DNA from: Sedimentisphaerales bacterium
Lineage (GTDB): Bacteria; Planctomycetota; Phycisphaerae; Sedimentisphaerales; Anaerobacaceae
NCBI GenBank assembly: GCA_049509315.1
Contig: JBELAA010000001.1
Location: forward strand, 1 to 60,233
Length of the DNA: 60,233 bases
Direction of reading: 5' to 3'
Made by a program: the position numbers and the translations under genes. Under the pieces are notes generated by a model, which saw only the letters and a list, made by a program, of their open reading frames with translations, was not told the DNA's origin and ran no database searches. This document shows, piece by piece, positions 52,212 through 60,127 of the stretch. Position 1 is the stretch's first letter. Each line of letters opens with the position of its first letter.

Positions 52212-53732
52212 TCAGGTTACGGTAACACGCGGCGTGCGGCCGACCGGTGTAATCCACGAACCCTTATACACCAGCGTCTTGCTGGCGCCGTCTGCCTGCG
52301 AAGCACTGTCAAGATCCCAGAAGGGGATCTGGATGCCTTCGCCAAGGTAACCGGCCCGGCCTACGATCTGCTCGTATTCCGTGGTTTCCTTCAGGCGGGT
52401 GTTGAGCGGATCCATCAGGTACTCGAGCAGCGCATTGGCCCCAAGGCCGATCACGATGTCGTGTACGTAGTTGGTCGACCCTGACACGGCGCTCCATGCG
52501 CTGTTGTTCCGGTCGTCGATGTTACCCGGCAGAACAAAGTTGAATTCCAGCGTATAGCTGCCGAGGGTCCCGCCGATCGTGAGCGTCGGCGCTCTCATGT
52601 TCTCGATGAGGATGAGGGAACCGAAGCGGCCGTATTCGAACGGAATTGCGGGCCGATCCGGGCTGACGTAGTTCGTGACGCTCTTGAAATACTCTCCGAG
52701 GCTTCCGGTCTTGTTCGCGTTCAACATCCACGCTTTGACGCGGGACGGGACGAGTACGGGATAGCTCCACTGGTCGTCCATCATGATCGGGTCGATCATG
52801 AGGCCCTGGCGGGCATACTCTTCCATGTAGAAGATCGTGTCGATGTTGAAAAGGTTTTTCGGGGTCGAGCCGGTGCCCGATGCCGCCATGATTGCCGCTG
52901 CGACGTTCTCGACAAACGCCGTCGCTCCGCTGTAGTAGCGGGAAGAATACCAGCCGTTGGAGTCGACTGCGCCGTCCGTCTTGGTCGCGGCGTCTTTGTC
53001 CCACGCCGGCAGGTTGGTATCATCCAGGTTGGGGATGATCCAGTTGGGGTTCGGTGTCTGGGAAAGGCTGGTCGGGGTCCACGTGAGCTCTTCGGACCTG
53101 CGCAGGCAGATCGCCTGGTGGATGCGGAAGTCGCGCAATTCAGCGAAGAACTCCGACAACTTCGGGTCTACCATCGCATTGACGTTCAGATAGGCCGTAT
53201 CATTGTAGTTGTATCCCCAGTTCCAAAACTTCGTGCCCTTTTTCACTTCGTTGTAAAACGCCTCGGTCCAGAGCAGCTTGAATCCTTCTTCGTTTCCAAG
53301 CACCGTCTGAGAGGTACCCCAGCGCGGGGCCTCTTTTAACGGCTGGATCATTGCGAGACGTACCGACTGACCGGCACCCGAACCTGCCGGCGCGGAGTCG
53401 TCGGCAGTCATAAATACACCTGCCTTCTCCACGTTCATGATGTTTTTATCCATCTTCATTGCAGTCTTCAGTACGGTAAAAACTGACGGTCGAATGGAAT
53501 TTTCGCGCAGTTTTTTATCGTAGAGGATCTTACGAATACCGGTCGCTCCGATATCCGACAATCCCTGCGGCGTTCCCACCACTGCCCCTGCTTCGTTGCA
53601 GTTGCAGAAGATGTTTTCGGAAAACGCAGAGCCGAACATTGCGTATACCGCATGATAAAGCACGCTAAGAACAACGGCTATCAGGCGGATACCGAGATAT
53701 TTCATTTTGAACAACATAAGAATTCTCCTCAT
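52212..53732 (-). CDS. Major capsid protein (N4 gp56 / DUF4043-like pattern)
   Basis: It follows portal and scaffold. GIRKILYDKKLRE...SVRLAMIQPL...LGNEEGFKLLW resembles that capsid family. The start is uncertain among 53732 (ATGA-coupled), 53717 (AGGAG plus 7 nt) or an internal GTG near 53590. Confidence 0.75.
   Translation of the reverse strand: MRRILMLFKMKYLGIRLIAVVLSVLYHAVYAMFGSAFSENIFCNCNEAGAVVGTPQGLSDIGATGIRKILYDKKLRENSIRPSVFTVLKTAMKMDKNIMNVEKAGVFMTADDSAPAGSGAGQSVRLAMIQPLKEAPRWGTSQTVLGNEEGFKLLWTEAFYNEVKKGTKFWNWGYNYNDTAYLNVNAMVDPKLSEFFAELRDFRIHQAICLRRSEELTWTPTSLSQTPNPNWIIPNLDDTNLPAWDKDAATKTDGAVDSNGWYSSRYYSGATAFVENVAAAIMAASGTGSTPKNLFNIDTIFYMEEYARQGLMIDPIMMDDQWSYPVLVPSRVKAWMLNANKTGSLGEYFKSVTNYVSPDRPAIPFEYGRFGSLILIENMRAPTLTIGGTLGSYTLEFNFVLPGNIDDRNNSAWSAVSGSTNYVHDIVIGLGANALLEYLMDPLNTRLKETTEYEQIVGRAGYLGEGIQIPFWDLDSASQADGASKTLVYKGSWITPVGRTPRVTVT
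53501..53563 (-). repeat. 63-bp exact dispersed repeat, copy 2 (partner 2075-2137)
   Basis: Identical 63 bp encoding LSDIGATGIRKILYDKKLRE in the capsid ORF. Confidence 0.95.
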
Positions 53733-55255
53733 TTCTTTTTTTTGGTGATGAAATAGCTGTTAATTTCATCATCACCCATCTGTGCATACGTCTTCATGAG
53801 CTTCCGCAGCTTTGTTTCTTCGCCCTCATTAAACTCCTCGAGGGGTTTTTTCATAAGGCGGAAGAACTCTTCGACTGACACATCATCATGGGCGGTGATC
53901 GGTACTGCCAGCTGAGACGGTACCTCCGGCGCGAATTGCTGTCGATGTTCGAGTCCCCGATTGATAGCATCCTGGTCGCCGTTTGCCTGCTGCTGCGGGG
54001 TCGGGGTACTGGATGTTGTATATAACTCCGGATGGAGTTTCCGGTCCAATGCGAAGGCTTCTTCGTACGGGAGCGGCTCAACGGCATGGGTAACAGGGTT
54101 AGGTTTCCGGTAAGTGTTTCTTACCTTCCGTACGTTATAGATACGGAATAGCGACTGGATGTCCTCGGGCGGCATCGCCTTTACGGCATCCATGACGGTG
54201 CGAAGGGTTTTCCCGTCCGCCGAATTCTGGTCAAAATACTGGTTGATAAGGGTTGATACTGCCGGCATGAAACGGCCGGCGGCATCGTAAATTTCCTTTA
54301 TCCCGTTTATCTTTGCCAGGTTATCAACGAACGCAACGTATTCTTTCTCAACCTCTGCCACCGGCTTTTTCGTCTTGAAAATACCGGCGGTTTCAGGGTT
54401 GGACTGAAGCATGTCGATCTCGTTATACTCCCTCTGGACCGGGTCTTCCTGTGGTGCCGCCGCTGGTGCGGTCGGTGCCGGGGCCGGTTTCGGGTTTCTG
54501 AGGGCTTCAACCTCTGCGAGATGTTTCTTTTCAAGTGCCTCGGTGTGTGCCGCGACACCATCAAGATACTTCTTTTTTGCCGCAGGGTCGAAAAAGTCGA
54601 CATCTTCGGAGCTCGGAAGCGGTGGTACCACAATATCTCCTGCCGCTGGTGCGGCGGGTGCTGCTGGTACCTTTTTCTGCAGCTCATCAACCTGCGTTTT
54701 TAAGCGCTGGTTTTCAAGCGCGAGCTGCTGGCCCGCCTTCTCCATTGCGGGAATACGTTTCGTTTTATGGAATTCAATAACATCGTCCGCGCTTTTCTTG
54801 CCCTTTATCAGTTCAAGGATGGAATCCTTCAACGTCCTGTCTTTCGTGGCATACGTCCCGAGCTCGCTTCGTTTCAGAGTTATAGTTTCCTCTGTATCGT
54901 CCGGTACTGGTGCGCCGGGTTCCGCTGGTGCGGAGGCGGGAGCTGGGGCCGGTGCTTGGGGCATGCCGGCTTGTCTTTTCGCTTTAAACTGGCGTTCGAG
55001 TTCGGTCAGCTGCTTTTCGTCCATTGCAAGTATCCGCTCGATACGTGAGGGATCCGGCAACTTATTGATTGCGGCTTTAAGTGAGTCGACGCCCTGGTCC
55101 GCCAGTATCTGCGCAGACTCCGCAACAGGATCAACGGGAGCGGCGGCTGGTGCCGGTGCTGCCGGTGCTGTGGGTGTGACCGCGGGTATTACTGGTGCTC
55201 CCTCTTTTTGGGGGTTTGCTGGAGCTGTCGGGGCAGCTTCGTTTGGATTAGACAT
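53729..55255 (-). CDS. Scaffolding protein (by position and composition)
   Basis: Start set at MSNPNEAAP (ATG 55255, cAGGAGGacatc upstream). Ala/Pro/Glu/Lys-rich and helical. Located between portal and capsid. Confidence 0.6.
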   Translation of the reverse strand: MSNPNEAAPTAPANPQKEGAPVIPAVTPTAPAAPAPAAAPVDPVAESAQILADQGVDSLKAAINKLPDPSRIERILAMDEKQLTELERQFKAKRQAGMPQAPAPAPASAPAEPGAPVPDDTEETITLKRSELGTYATKDRTLKDSILELIKGKKSADDVIEFHKTKRIPAMEKAGQQLALENQRLKTQVDELQKKVPAAPAAPAAGDIVVPPLPSSEDVDFFDPAAKKKYLDGVAAHTEALEKKHLAEVEALRNPKPAPAPTAPAAAPQEDPVQREYNEIDMLQSNPETAGIFKTKKPVAEVEKEYVAFVDNLAKINGIKEIYDAAGRFMPAVSTLINQYFDQNSADGKTLRTVMDAVKAMPPEDIQSLFRIYNVRKVRNTYRKPNPVTHAVEPLPYEEAFALDRKLHPELYTTSSTPTPQQQANGDQDAINRGLEHRQQFAPEVPSQLAVPITAHDDVSVEEFFRLMKKPLEEFNEGEETKLRKLMKTYAQMGDDEINSYFITKKKK

Positions 55256-57368
55256 GATGTCCTCCTGGGCCATGGGCTGCCGGTTGTACGGGAGCTGGTG
55301 GCGCTGGTTGGGGTGGTGCCGGTGGCGCTTGCGGTACCGCTGCTGGTGCTGGTGCTCCCTGCGGCGGCGGTAACTGCCCTTGTGGGGCAGGCCCGGGTAC
55401 TTGTGGTACTCCTCCGGGCGGCGGCAGTTGTGAACGTAAATTCATATTTGTTATTTCAAGATCAAGAAGGGCGTTCTCCAATTCCTTATTCCCTATAACG
55501 TCGAGCATCTCTTTCTCTTCAGGCGAAAAGGAATCAATGAGCTGCGCTGTTTTGGTAAGGATATAAACGACGGTCGCGGGCTTTGCCTTCCCCTGTGATA
55601 TGACCGTCTGTAGATAATCGTTAAGGAGCTGTAAATCTTCCAGCTTTTTTGTTGGCGTCTGTTGAATGTCGCTGATGATTACTTTGTGCCTCATGCGCAG
55701 GAGCTGGGAAGCGTCGTTTTTAATCCCTGTGCCTCCTCCGGGGATCTGTACTTTCTCGTTGAATGCCCCGGTTTTCTTCCCACCTTCCGAACTGAATTTT
55801 CTTTCGACTCCCTCGATCGAATACTGCTGGCCCGCCTGCAGGAGATAGCATTCGAACCACTGGTTCCAGAACTGACGCAATGAATAATGGATTGTATAGA
55901 GCGCCTGGTCGCTCTGCGCCTTTCTCATTTTAAACATATAGGCGGCTTCGTGTTTTCCATCAGCTTCTCCGCGGGTCGCAGCGTTACTCTTCTGAATATG
56001 GGGAAGGAGTACGGTAAGTATTTCCTCCATGTAATGATATGTCTCTGCGTTAAAGGGAGATGATTGGACTGGTTTTGATGGAACGCGGCCCTCGTCGGCA
56101 AGAAGCCCGGGCCTGACTGCAAATACTTTGGTGGGGTCGTTATGGTTACGCTTGAAGTCTTCCGCTACCTCTGGGCTTTCGAATCCATCCGGATCGTAGT
56201 ATTGAGCGCCGCCGCCCCCATCCACTTCCTGTTTGTACCTTATCCGCGCCATTCCCTGGTTGATATCGTCCTGGGAAGATTTTACAAGGTCGATCAATGA
56301 GTGGGGCTCTCCATTCACCCGGTCCGCGGACCAGACAATAAAGGGTATCTGGTCTACCTGCACTTCAGTGGGTGACTCGTCAATAACGTCCATAAAGGAA
56401 AGGGTGGGGCAGATAACTGTTTTGATACACTGGCGCTTGTCTTCGGTCGTTTCCTTTATTGCGTACGGGTCCCATCTTCCCTGGCCGAATTTCTTATTAA
56501 GAAAATCCATCTTCGCCCGGGCGTCGAGCGGGTTTTGAGGCGTCCCCTGTGGTATATCTATCTGGCCTTCCGGATGCAGATAGAATTCTCGTTTCTGGTG
56601 GGTGGTGACCATACGGTACCGGTTAATCAGGTGCAGAGCAGTACCCCAGCGGAATTCATCACCTTCAAGGAATGGTGTCGGGCCGTTCGGTGTGCCGTAC
56701 TCCGGTATGCTGGTTTTATAAGCGGATATAAGCTCAGATATCTTTTGGTTACGGTTAGCGTAAATCTCTTCAACGTCTTCCGGCATCAGGATAATTTCTT
56801 CCCAGCATTCACGGCAGTCGCGGGTATACATCGAAAGCCACATAGGGGTCGGCCACCACATATTCGGAAGACATATTTCAATACCAATATTCCCGAGTGG
56901 ATGGTATTTCGTATTGATTATGATCTTTGCCACTGCCTGAAACACCAGACCGGCCCGGACAATCTCGTAATAGGTGGTGTCCCAGTCGCAGAGTTCCTTG
57001 TCGGAGTACATTGCGTTCTTTGCGGTTTCAGTAAGGCTGGTCACCTCTTCGTTAACGGGGTAGAATTCGGGGTCAAAGGGGGCCTGCATGATACCGCCGG
57101 CAACAAGGTCCACGTACGCCTTGGAAATATTGTACGTGTTCAATCCACGGTTCTGGCTGTTCATGTATGCAACGAGTTTCGGGGAATACTGGCCCAGACC
57201 GTATTCGGCATCGAGGCCGACGTAGTATCTCCAGTTCTCAATACAGCGCCTGAATTTCCGGTCGTGGAAGTCCCTTGCCCTATGCGCATTGATATAGAGC
57301 TCGCCTACGTGTGGGTCGAATTTGTGCTCGGCCTTCGCCTTATCGATCGCGTTCTGGGAGATAGGCAT
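55248..57368 (-). CDS. Portal protein (by size and synteny)
   Basis: Start set at MPISQNAID (ATG 57368, just after the upstream TAA). 706 aa, immediately upstream of scaffold and capsid. Pro-rich C-terminal tail. Confidence 0.6.
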   Translation of the reverse strand: MPISQNAIDKAKAEHKFDPHVGELYINAHRARDFHDRKFRRCIENWRYYVGLDAEYGLGQYSPKLVAYMNSQNRGLNTYNISKAYVDLVAGGIMQAPFDPEFYPVNEEVTSLTETAKNAMYSDKELCDWDTTYYEIVRAGLVFQAVAKIIINTKYHPLGNIGIEICLPNMWWPTPMWLSMYTRDCRECWEEIILMPEDVEEIYANRNQKISELISAYKTSIPEYGTPNGPTPFLEGDEFRWGTALHLINRYRMVTTHQKREFYLHPEGQIDIPQGTPQNPLDARAKMDFLNKKFGQGRWDPYAIKETTEDKRQCIKTVICPTLSFMDVIDESPTEVQVDQIPFIVWSADRVNGEPHSLIDLVKSSQDDINQGMARIRYKQEVDGGGGAQYYDPDGFESPEVAEDFKRNHNDPTKVFAVRPGLLADEGRVPSKPVQSSPFNAETYHYMEEILTVLLPHIQKSNAATRGEADGKHEAAYMFKMRKAQSDQALYTIHYSLRQFWNQWFECYLLQAGQQYSIEGVERKFSSEGGKKTGAFNEKVQIPGGGTGIKNDASQLLRMRHKVIISDIQQTPTKKLEDLQLLNDYLQTVISQGKAKPATVVYILTKTAQLIDSFSPEEKEMLDVIGNKELENALLDLEITNMNLRSQLPPPGGVPQVPGPAPQGQLPPPQGAPAPAAVPQAPPAPPQPAPPAPVQPAAHGPGGHHV

Positions 57369-57369
57369 T

Positions 57370-57657
57370 TTACTTACCCTCTCTTTTGTTCCACTGGTTC
57401 TCATGCGCGGTCGCGCCACATTTGAGACACTGGACGACAGCGAGAAGCCGACCCATAGGATCATGCAAAAAGTCTATGAGGGTCCACCGGCAGAAGGGGC
57501 ACTGTTCGACTTTTCCGAATTTATCTTCGAATGCCGCTTGCCGATCCGCCGGCGTTGAGTCGTCATAATTCAATTCAATGGCTGAATGGCTGAAGTCCAT
57601 TGCCACCCGGCTATGGGTCTTTGAGTATTCGTAGTTTGATAAGTTCTGGCCGTTCAT
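57370..57657 (-). CDS. Lar-like zinc-ribbon protein
   Basis: CPFCRWT...VVQCLKCGATAHENQWNKR fits the Lar-family pattern CPFC...C..CGA...WN.R. Confidence 0.5.
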   Translation of the reverse strand: MNGQNLSNYEYSKTHSRVAMDFSHSAIELNYDDSTPADRQAAFEDKFGKVEQCPFCRWTLIDFLHDPMGRLLAVVQCLKCGATAHENQWNKREGK

Positions 57658-57986
57658 TTGACTATCACTACCTCGTCGTAATATTTAATCCGGCCGGTCA
57701 CCTTACGCCTGAATACGTTGCCTTCGTCGTCGACCTTGTGCTCCCATAGCGTATTACAGCGTCCACAGAAATGCCGCGCCGTGTTCGGTACATCCACCTG
57801 CAGGTCGCCCAGATAGTTGGACCTGCCCCTCCTGCTGGCCTCGCCTTCACAGTTACAGGAGATGCGGCAGAATTTTGAGGCCATGGCTGGTACCTTTTTG
57901 GTCCCTTTTATCCCATAAAACGAAAAAGAGGGCGAGACAATTCCTTTTGGGACTTCTTCGCCCTCTTTACGGGAATCCGAAACCAT
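57654..57986 (-). CDS. Zinc-ribbon protein
   Basis: 110-aa ORF with CRISCNC...CGRC. The start is uncertain because no SD precedes 57986. Confidence 0.4.
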   Translation of the reverse strand: MVSDSRKEGEEVPKGIVSPSFSFYGIKGTKKVPAMASKFCRISCNCEGEASRRGRSNYLGDLQVDVPNTARHFCGRCNTLWEHKVDDEGNVFRRKVTGRIKYYDEVVIVK

Positions 57987-58195
57987 CGGGACAGACGGTA
58001 CGGAATTTTTCTCATGATAAGCCTTTTTATTGTTTAATCATGTAAAATTTTTCCTTTCCATCTGTCCCGTTTATTGTTCTGTTCCCTGAAATTCCAGTAG
58101 AATGCAATCTAAGCGTTTTCCTACCCATCATTATCACACACATCTAAAACGGTCTGCAAGCAGCTTAGTTCCCATCCCTATATCAACCTGGAAAA

Positions 58196-58582
58196 CTATA
58201 TTACGTGTGTTCCTTCGACTCCGCGCTTCTGGCGATCGCTGGTCCTCTTATTCAACCAGAGCATCGCCTCTTCCAGCTTGGTAATCGCAATTTCCAGCTT
58301 GGTAATCGCAATCGCGTTCTCCCTGCACTTGTACTCCCCCGACTGAAACCCCTGCAGCCGGTCGATCACTATGGCAATAAGGTCCTCGTTATGGCAGCCG
58401 TTTACGGCCGCTTCCTGCATCGGCCCATTCTGAAAACTTACTGTTGCGAAATCTGGTGCCACGCAAATGCCTGCCGGCGGCGTGGGCCTTACTGCGTAAA
58501 CATGACACGCCCCGCCTGCGCCTGGCTCGTCGAGACATATCACCTGAGTGTATCTGTGGGTGCCGATCGTTACTTCTCGCAT
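58196..58582 (-). CDS. N4 gp49 / Sf6 gp66-like family protein
   Basis: Start set at MREVTIG (ATG 58582, cAGGAGGacccc upstream). [69 protein letters not shown] matches my recollection of that family. It carries an in-frame 7-aa duplication. Confidence 0.5.
   Translation of the reverse strand: [128 protein letters not shown]
58271..58312. repeat. Exact 21-bp tandem duplication (in frame, IAITKLE x2)
   Basis: ttccagcttggtaatcgcaat occurs at 58271-58291 and 58292-58312. Confidence 0.95.
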
Positions 58583-58604
58583 GGGGTCCTCCTGAAATAG
58601 TGGG

Positions 58605-58634
58605 GCCGGACAACCACGCTCATGGTTGTCCGGC
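58605..58634 (-). promoter_or_regulatory. Perfect 12-bp stem / 6-nt loop hairpin just upstream of an RBS
   Basis: GCCGGACAACCA cgctca TGGTTGTCCGGC. It ends 11 nt before the AGGAGG of gene 58196-58582. There is no U-tract, so it is more likely a 5-prime UTR or processing structure than a terminator. Confidence 0.45.
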
Positions 58635-58685
58635 AGGTCCTTACCATTCACATAGCACACATGACTAAGTTAACAGCATGTTTGA

Positions 58686-58714
58686 ATTATAATAAATAAA
58701 AAAAAAAGAAACAA
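58686..58714 (-). promoter_or_regulatory. Weak candidate sigma70-type promoter
   Basis: The minus strand reads TTGTTT (58714-58709), a 17-nt T-rich spacer, then TATAAT (58691-58686), in an AT-rich gap. Confidence 0.3.
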
Positions 58715-58849
58715 GAAGTTTTTTTGGGGGTCTGTTATTTTATCTCTAAGCAGCTCGATACGGGCTTCATCCCTTCCCCTTCTTTCTCTTCCCTTTGGAT
58801 AATATCAGGGCTACCAGAACCCATTTAGGCAATGTTGGTACGGGACGTT

Positions 58850-59434
58850 TCATGGAGTTTCCTTTAAATTTAGTTTGTTGATTCTTGTTCTTCTGATATT
58901 TATACTTTCAGGATAATAAACAATTTTTTCTTCAAATTCTTTAGCAGAAAAAATAACTATTGCAGATGCAAAAGGTGCTGTGCTATCTGCTTCTCCAAAT
59001 TTTAATCTTCCCCTAATAAATCTTACTTGTGAAGCAAAAGGGAAAATATAATCGTGTCAATAACTTCTATCTGTTGATGATACAATTAAACAAACAACAA
59101 TAGCACCTTTCTGTGATTCTTCTAATGCTTTTTTAATCCAATCTCCAGAATGTCCTCCATAAGGGGGATTCATAAAAACAATATCCTTACTCCAATCTTG
59201 CTTTACTCCTAATTTTCCGACATTTGATAAATATTGAAACGTATCAGTTATAAGGGTGATATCGTGCATTTGTGGCGGATAGCCGTCGCCCTGTCGTTCC
59301 ATCACACATACCGCATCGTTCTGTTGATACCAACGATTAAGCAAGTCTATTGCTGAAGCATCCAGCACGCGGGATTCGAGCCTCACGCATGGTTTAGTTT
59401 TACATATTTCACACAAACATTTTACTGAACCCAT
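58850..59434 (-). pseudogene. Dam-type (phage pfam05869-like) N6-adenine DNA methyltransferase interrupted by one in-frame TGA (59057-59059)
   Basis: The ATG at 59434 follows cGGAGGgcaatc. Motif FMNPPYGG...VVCLIVSSTDRSY is followed by TGA. The same frame then continues HDYIFPFASQVRFIRGRLKFGEADSTAPFASAIVIF to a TGA at 58850. The whole is 194 sense codons in a single frame. Confidence 0.7.
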
Positions 59435-59706
59435 GATTGCCCTCCGGTTTATTTCGGTTTAAATATTATCAGCCAACTATCCTTATCCTTCTTCACAATC
59501 GGCTTTTGAGTTGTGATAATCCGCACGCTGTCAAGATTTTTAATGCCGTTGCTTGCTCCGCATATAGTCATTACCGGGTGAGACAAAACGGTATCTTAAA
59601 TAAATAGTTTTGCGGTATATTTATAATATCCCGTATCTCCCGCAACTACCGGCAGACAAAGCAGAAGCAATATTTTAAGAAAATTCATAGTGACACCTCC
59701 TCTATT

Positions 59707-59895
59707 TCAGTAAATAACAGATAATGCCTGATGTGTTCTTTCGTATTCGGTCACCGCCTCATCACAACAGCCCGGCATTTCGTCACCCCATTCCCATTGG
59801 CTTTCACAAAAAGAACAAACTTCTTGATATATTCTGTCAACACTTAATCTCACGGGGTCTTGCGAACTTCGTCCCAAGAACTTTTCCAGCATCAA
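59707..59895 (-). CDS. Hypothetical Cys-rich small protein
   Basis: 62-aa ORF. Its 5-prime 59 nt overlap the regulator gene, so the start is uncertain. Confidence 0.35.
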   Translation of the reverse strand: MMLEKFLGRSSQDPVRLSVDRIYQEVCSFCESQWEWGDEMPGCCDEAVTEYERTHQALSVIY

Positions 59896-60070
59896 GCTCC
59901 ATCCACTGACAAATCTTCCTGAAAGTGTCTATATCCGGAAACTTCCCACCTTCTACTCTCGATAAGGTGGCCGGACTTATTCCGATTTCCTTTGCCGTTT
60001 CACGCAAACCCATATCACCACGTTCTCTTCTTAGTGCTGCGCCGATATTTTTCAGCGTTATTTCGCTCAT
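59837..60070 (-). CDS. XRE/Cro-type helix-turn-helix transcriptional regulator
   Basis: Start set at MSEITLKN (ATG 60070, cAGGAGGgtta upstream). HTH segment LRETAKEIGISPATLSRVEGGK. First gene downstream of the terminal repeat. Confidence 0.75.
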   Translation of the reverse strand: MSEITLKNIGAALRRERGDMGLRETAKEIGISPATLSRVEGGKFPDIDTFRKICQWMELDAGKVLGTKFARPREIKC

Positions 60071-60098
60071 TAACCCTCCTGTTTCATTGCACAAGTAG

Positions 60099-60127
60099 AA
60101 CATACATCATTCTGCTTCTGACGTCAA
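60099..60127 (-). promoter_or_regulatory. Candidate early promoter straddling the terminal-repeat boundary
   Basis: The minus strand reads TTGACG (60127-60122), a 17-nt spacer, then TATGTT (60104-60099), about 30 nt upstream of the regulator ATG. The -35 sits within the 8-bp palindrome TGACGTCA. Confidence 0.35.

Noticed and set aside
52522-53004. Other same-strand alternate-frame ORFs (52522-53004, 23470-24015, 27769-28239, 29209-29670, 44527-45018, 54307-54690) as overprinted genes
   Set aside because: Their translations are Arg/Pro/His-rich or repeat-derived junk. They lack SD-ATG starts and sit inside strongly supported genes. Only 2866-3348 stood out, and it is reported separately.
54411-55373. 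Long plus-strand ORFs, for example 54411-55373 (320 aa), 50517-51491 (324 aa), 56535-57425 (296 aa), 2624-3511 (295 aa), 31791-32642 (283 aa) and 34608-35351 (247 aa)
   Set aside because: All lie antisense to well-supported minus-strand genes (scaffold, portal, C5-MTase, ATP-grasp and others). They translate to low-complexity Ser/Arg/Gly/Cys-rich strings and lack SD sites. They are best explained as stop-poor antisense frames of the real genes.
59057-59059. Genome-wide stop-codon reassignment (TGA read as Trp or Gly), as in some recoded phages
   Set aside because: TGA ends many genes at conserved ATGA/GTGA coupling junctions. The large genes are open in the standard code without needing recoding. 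Only this one gene has an internal TGA.
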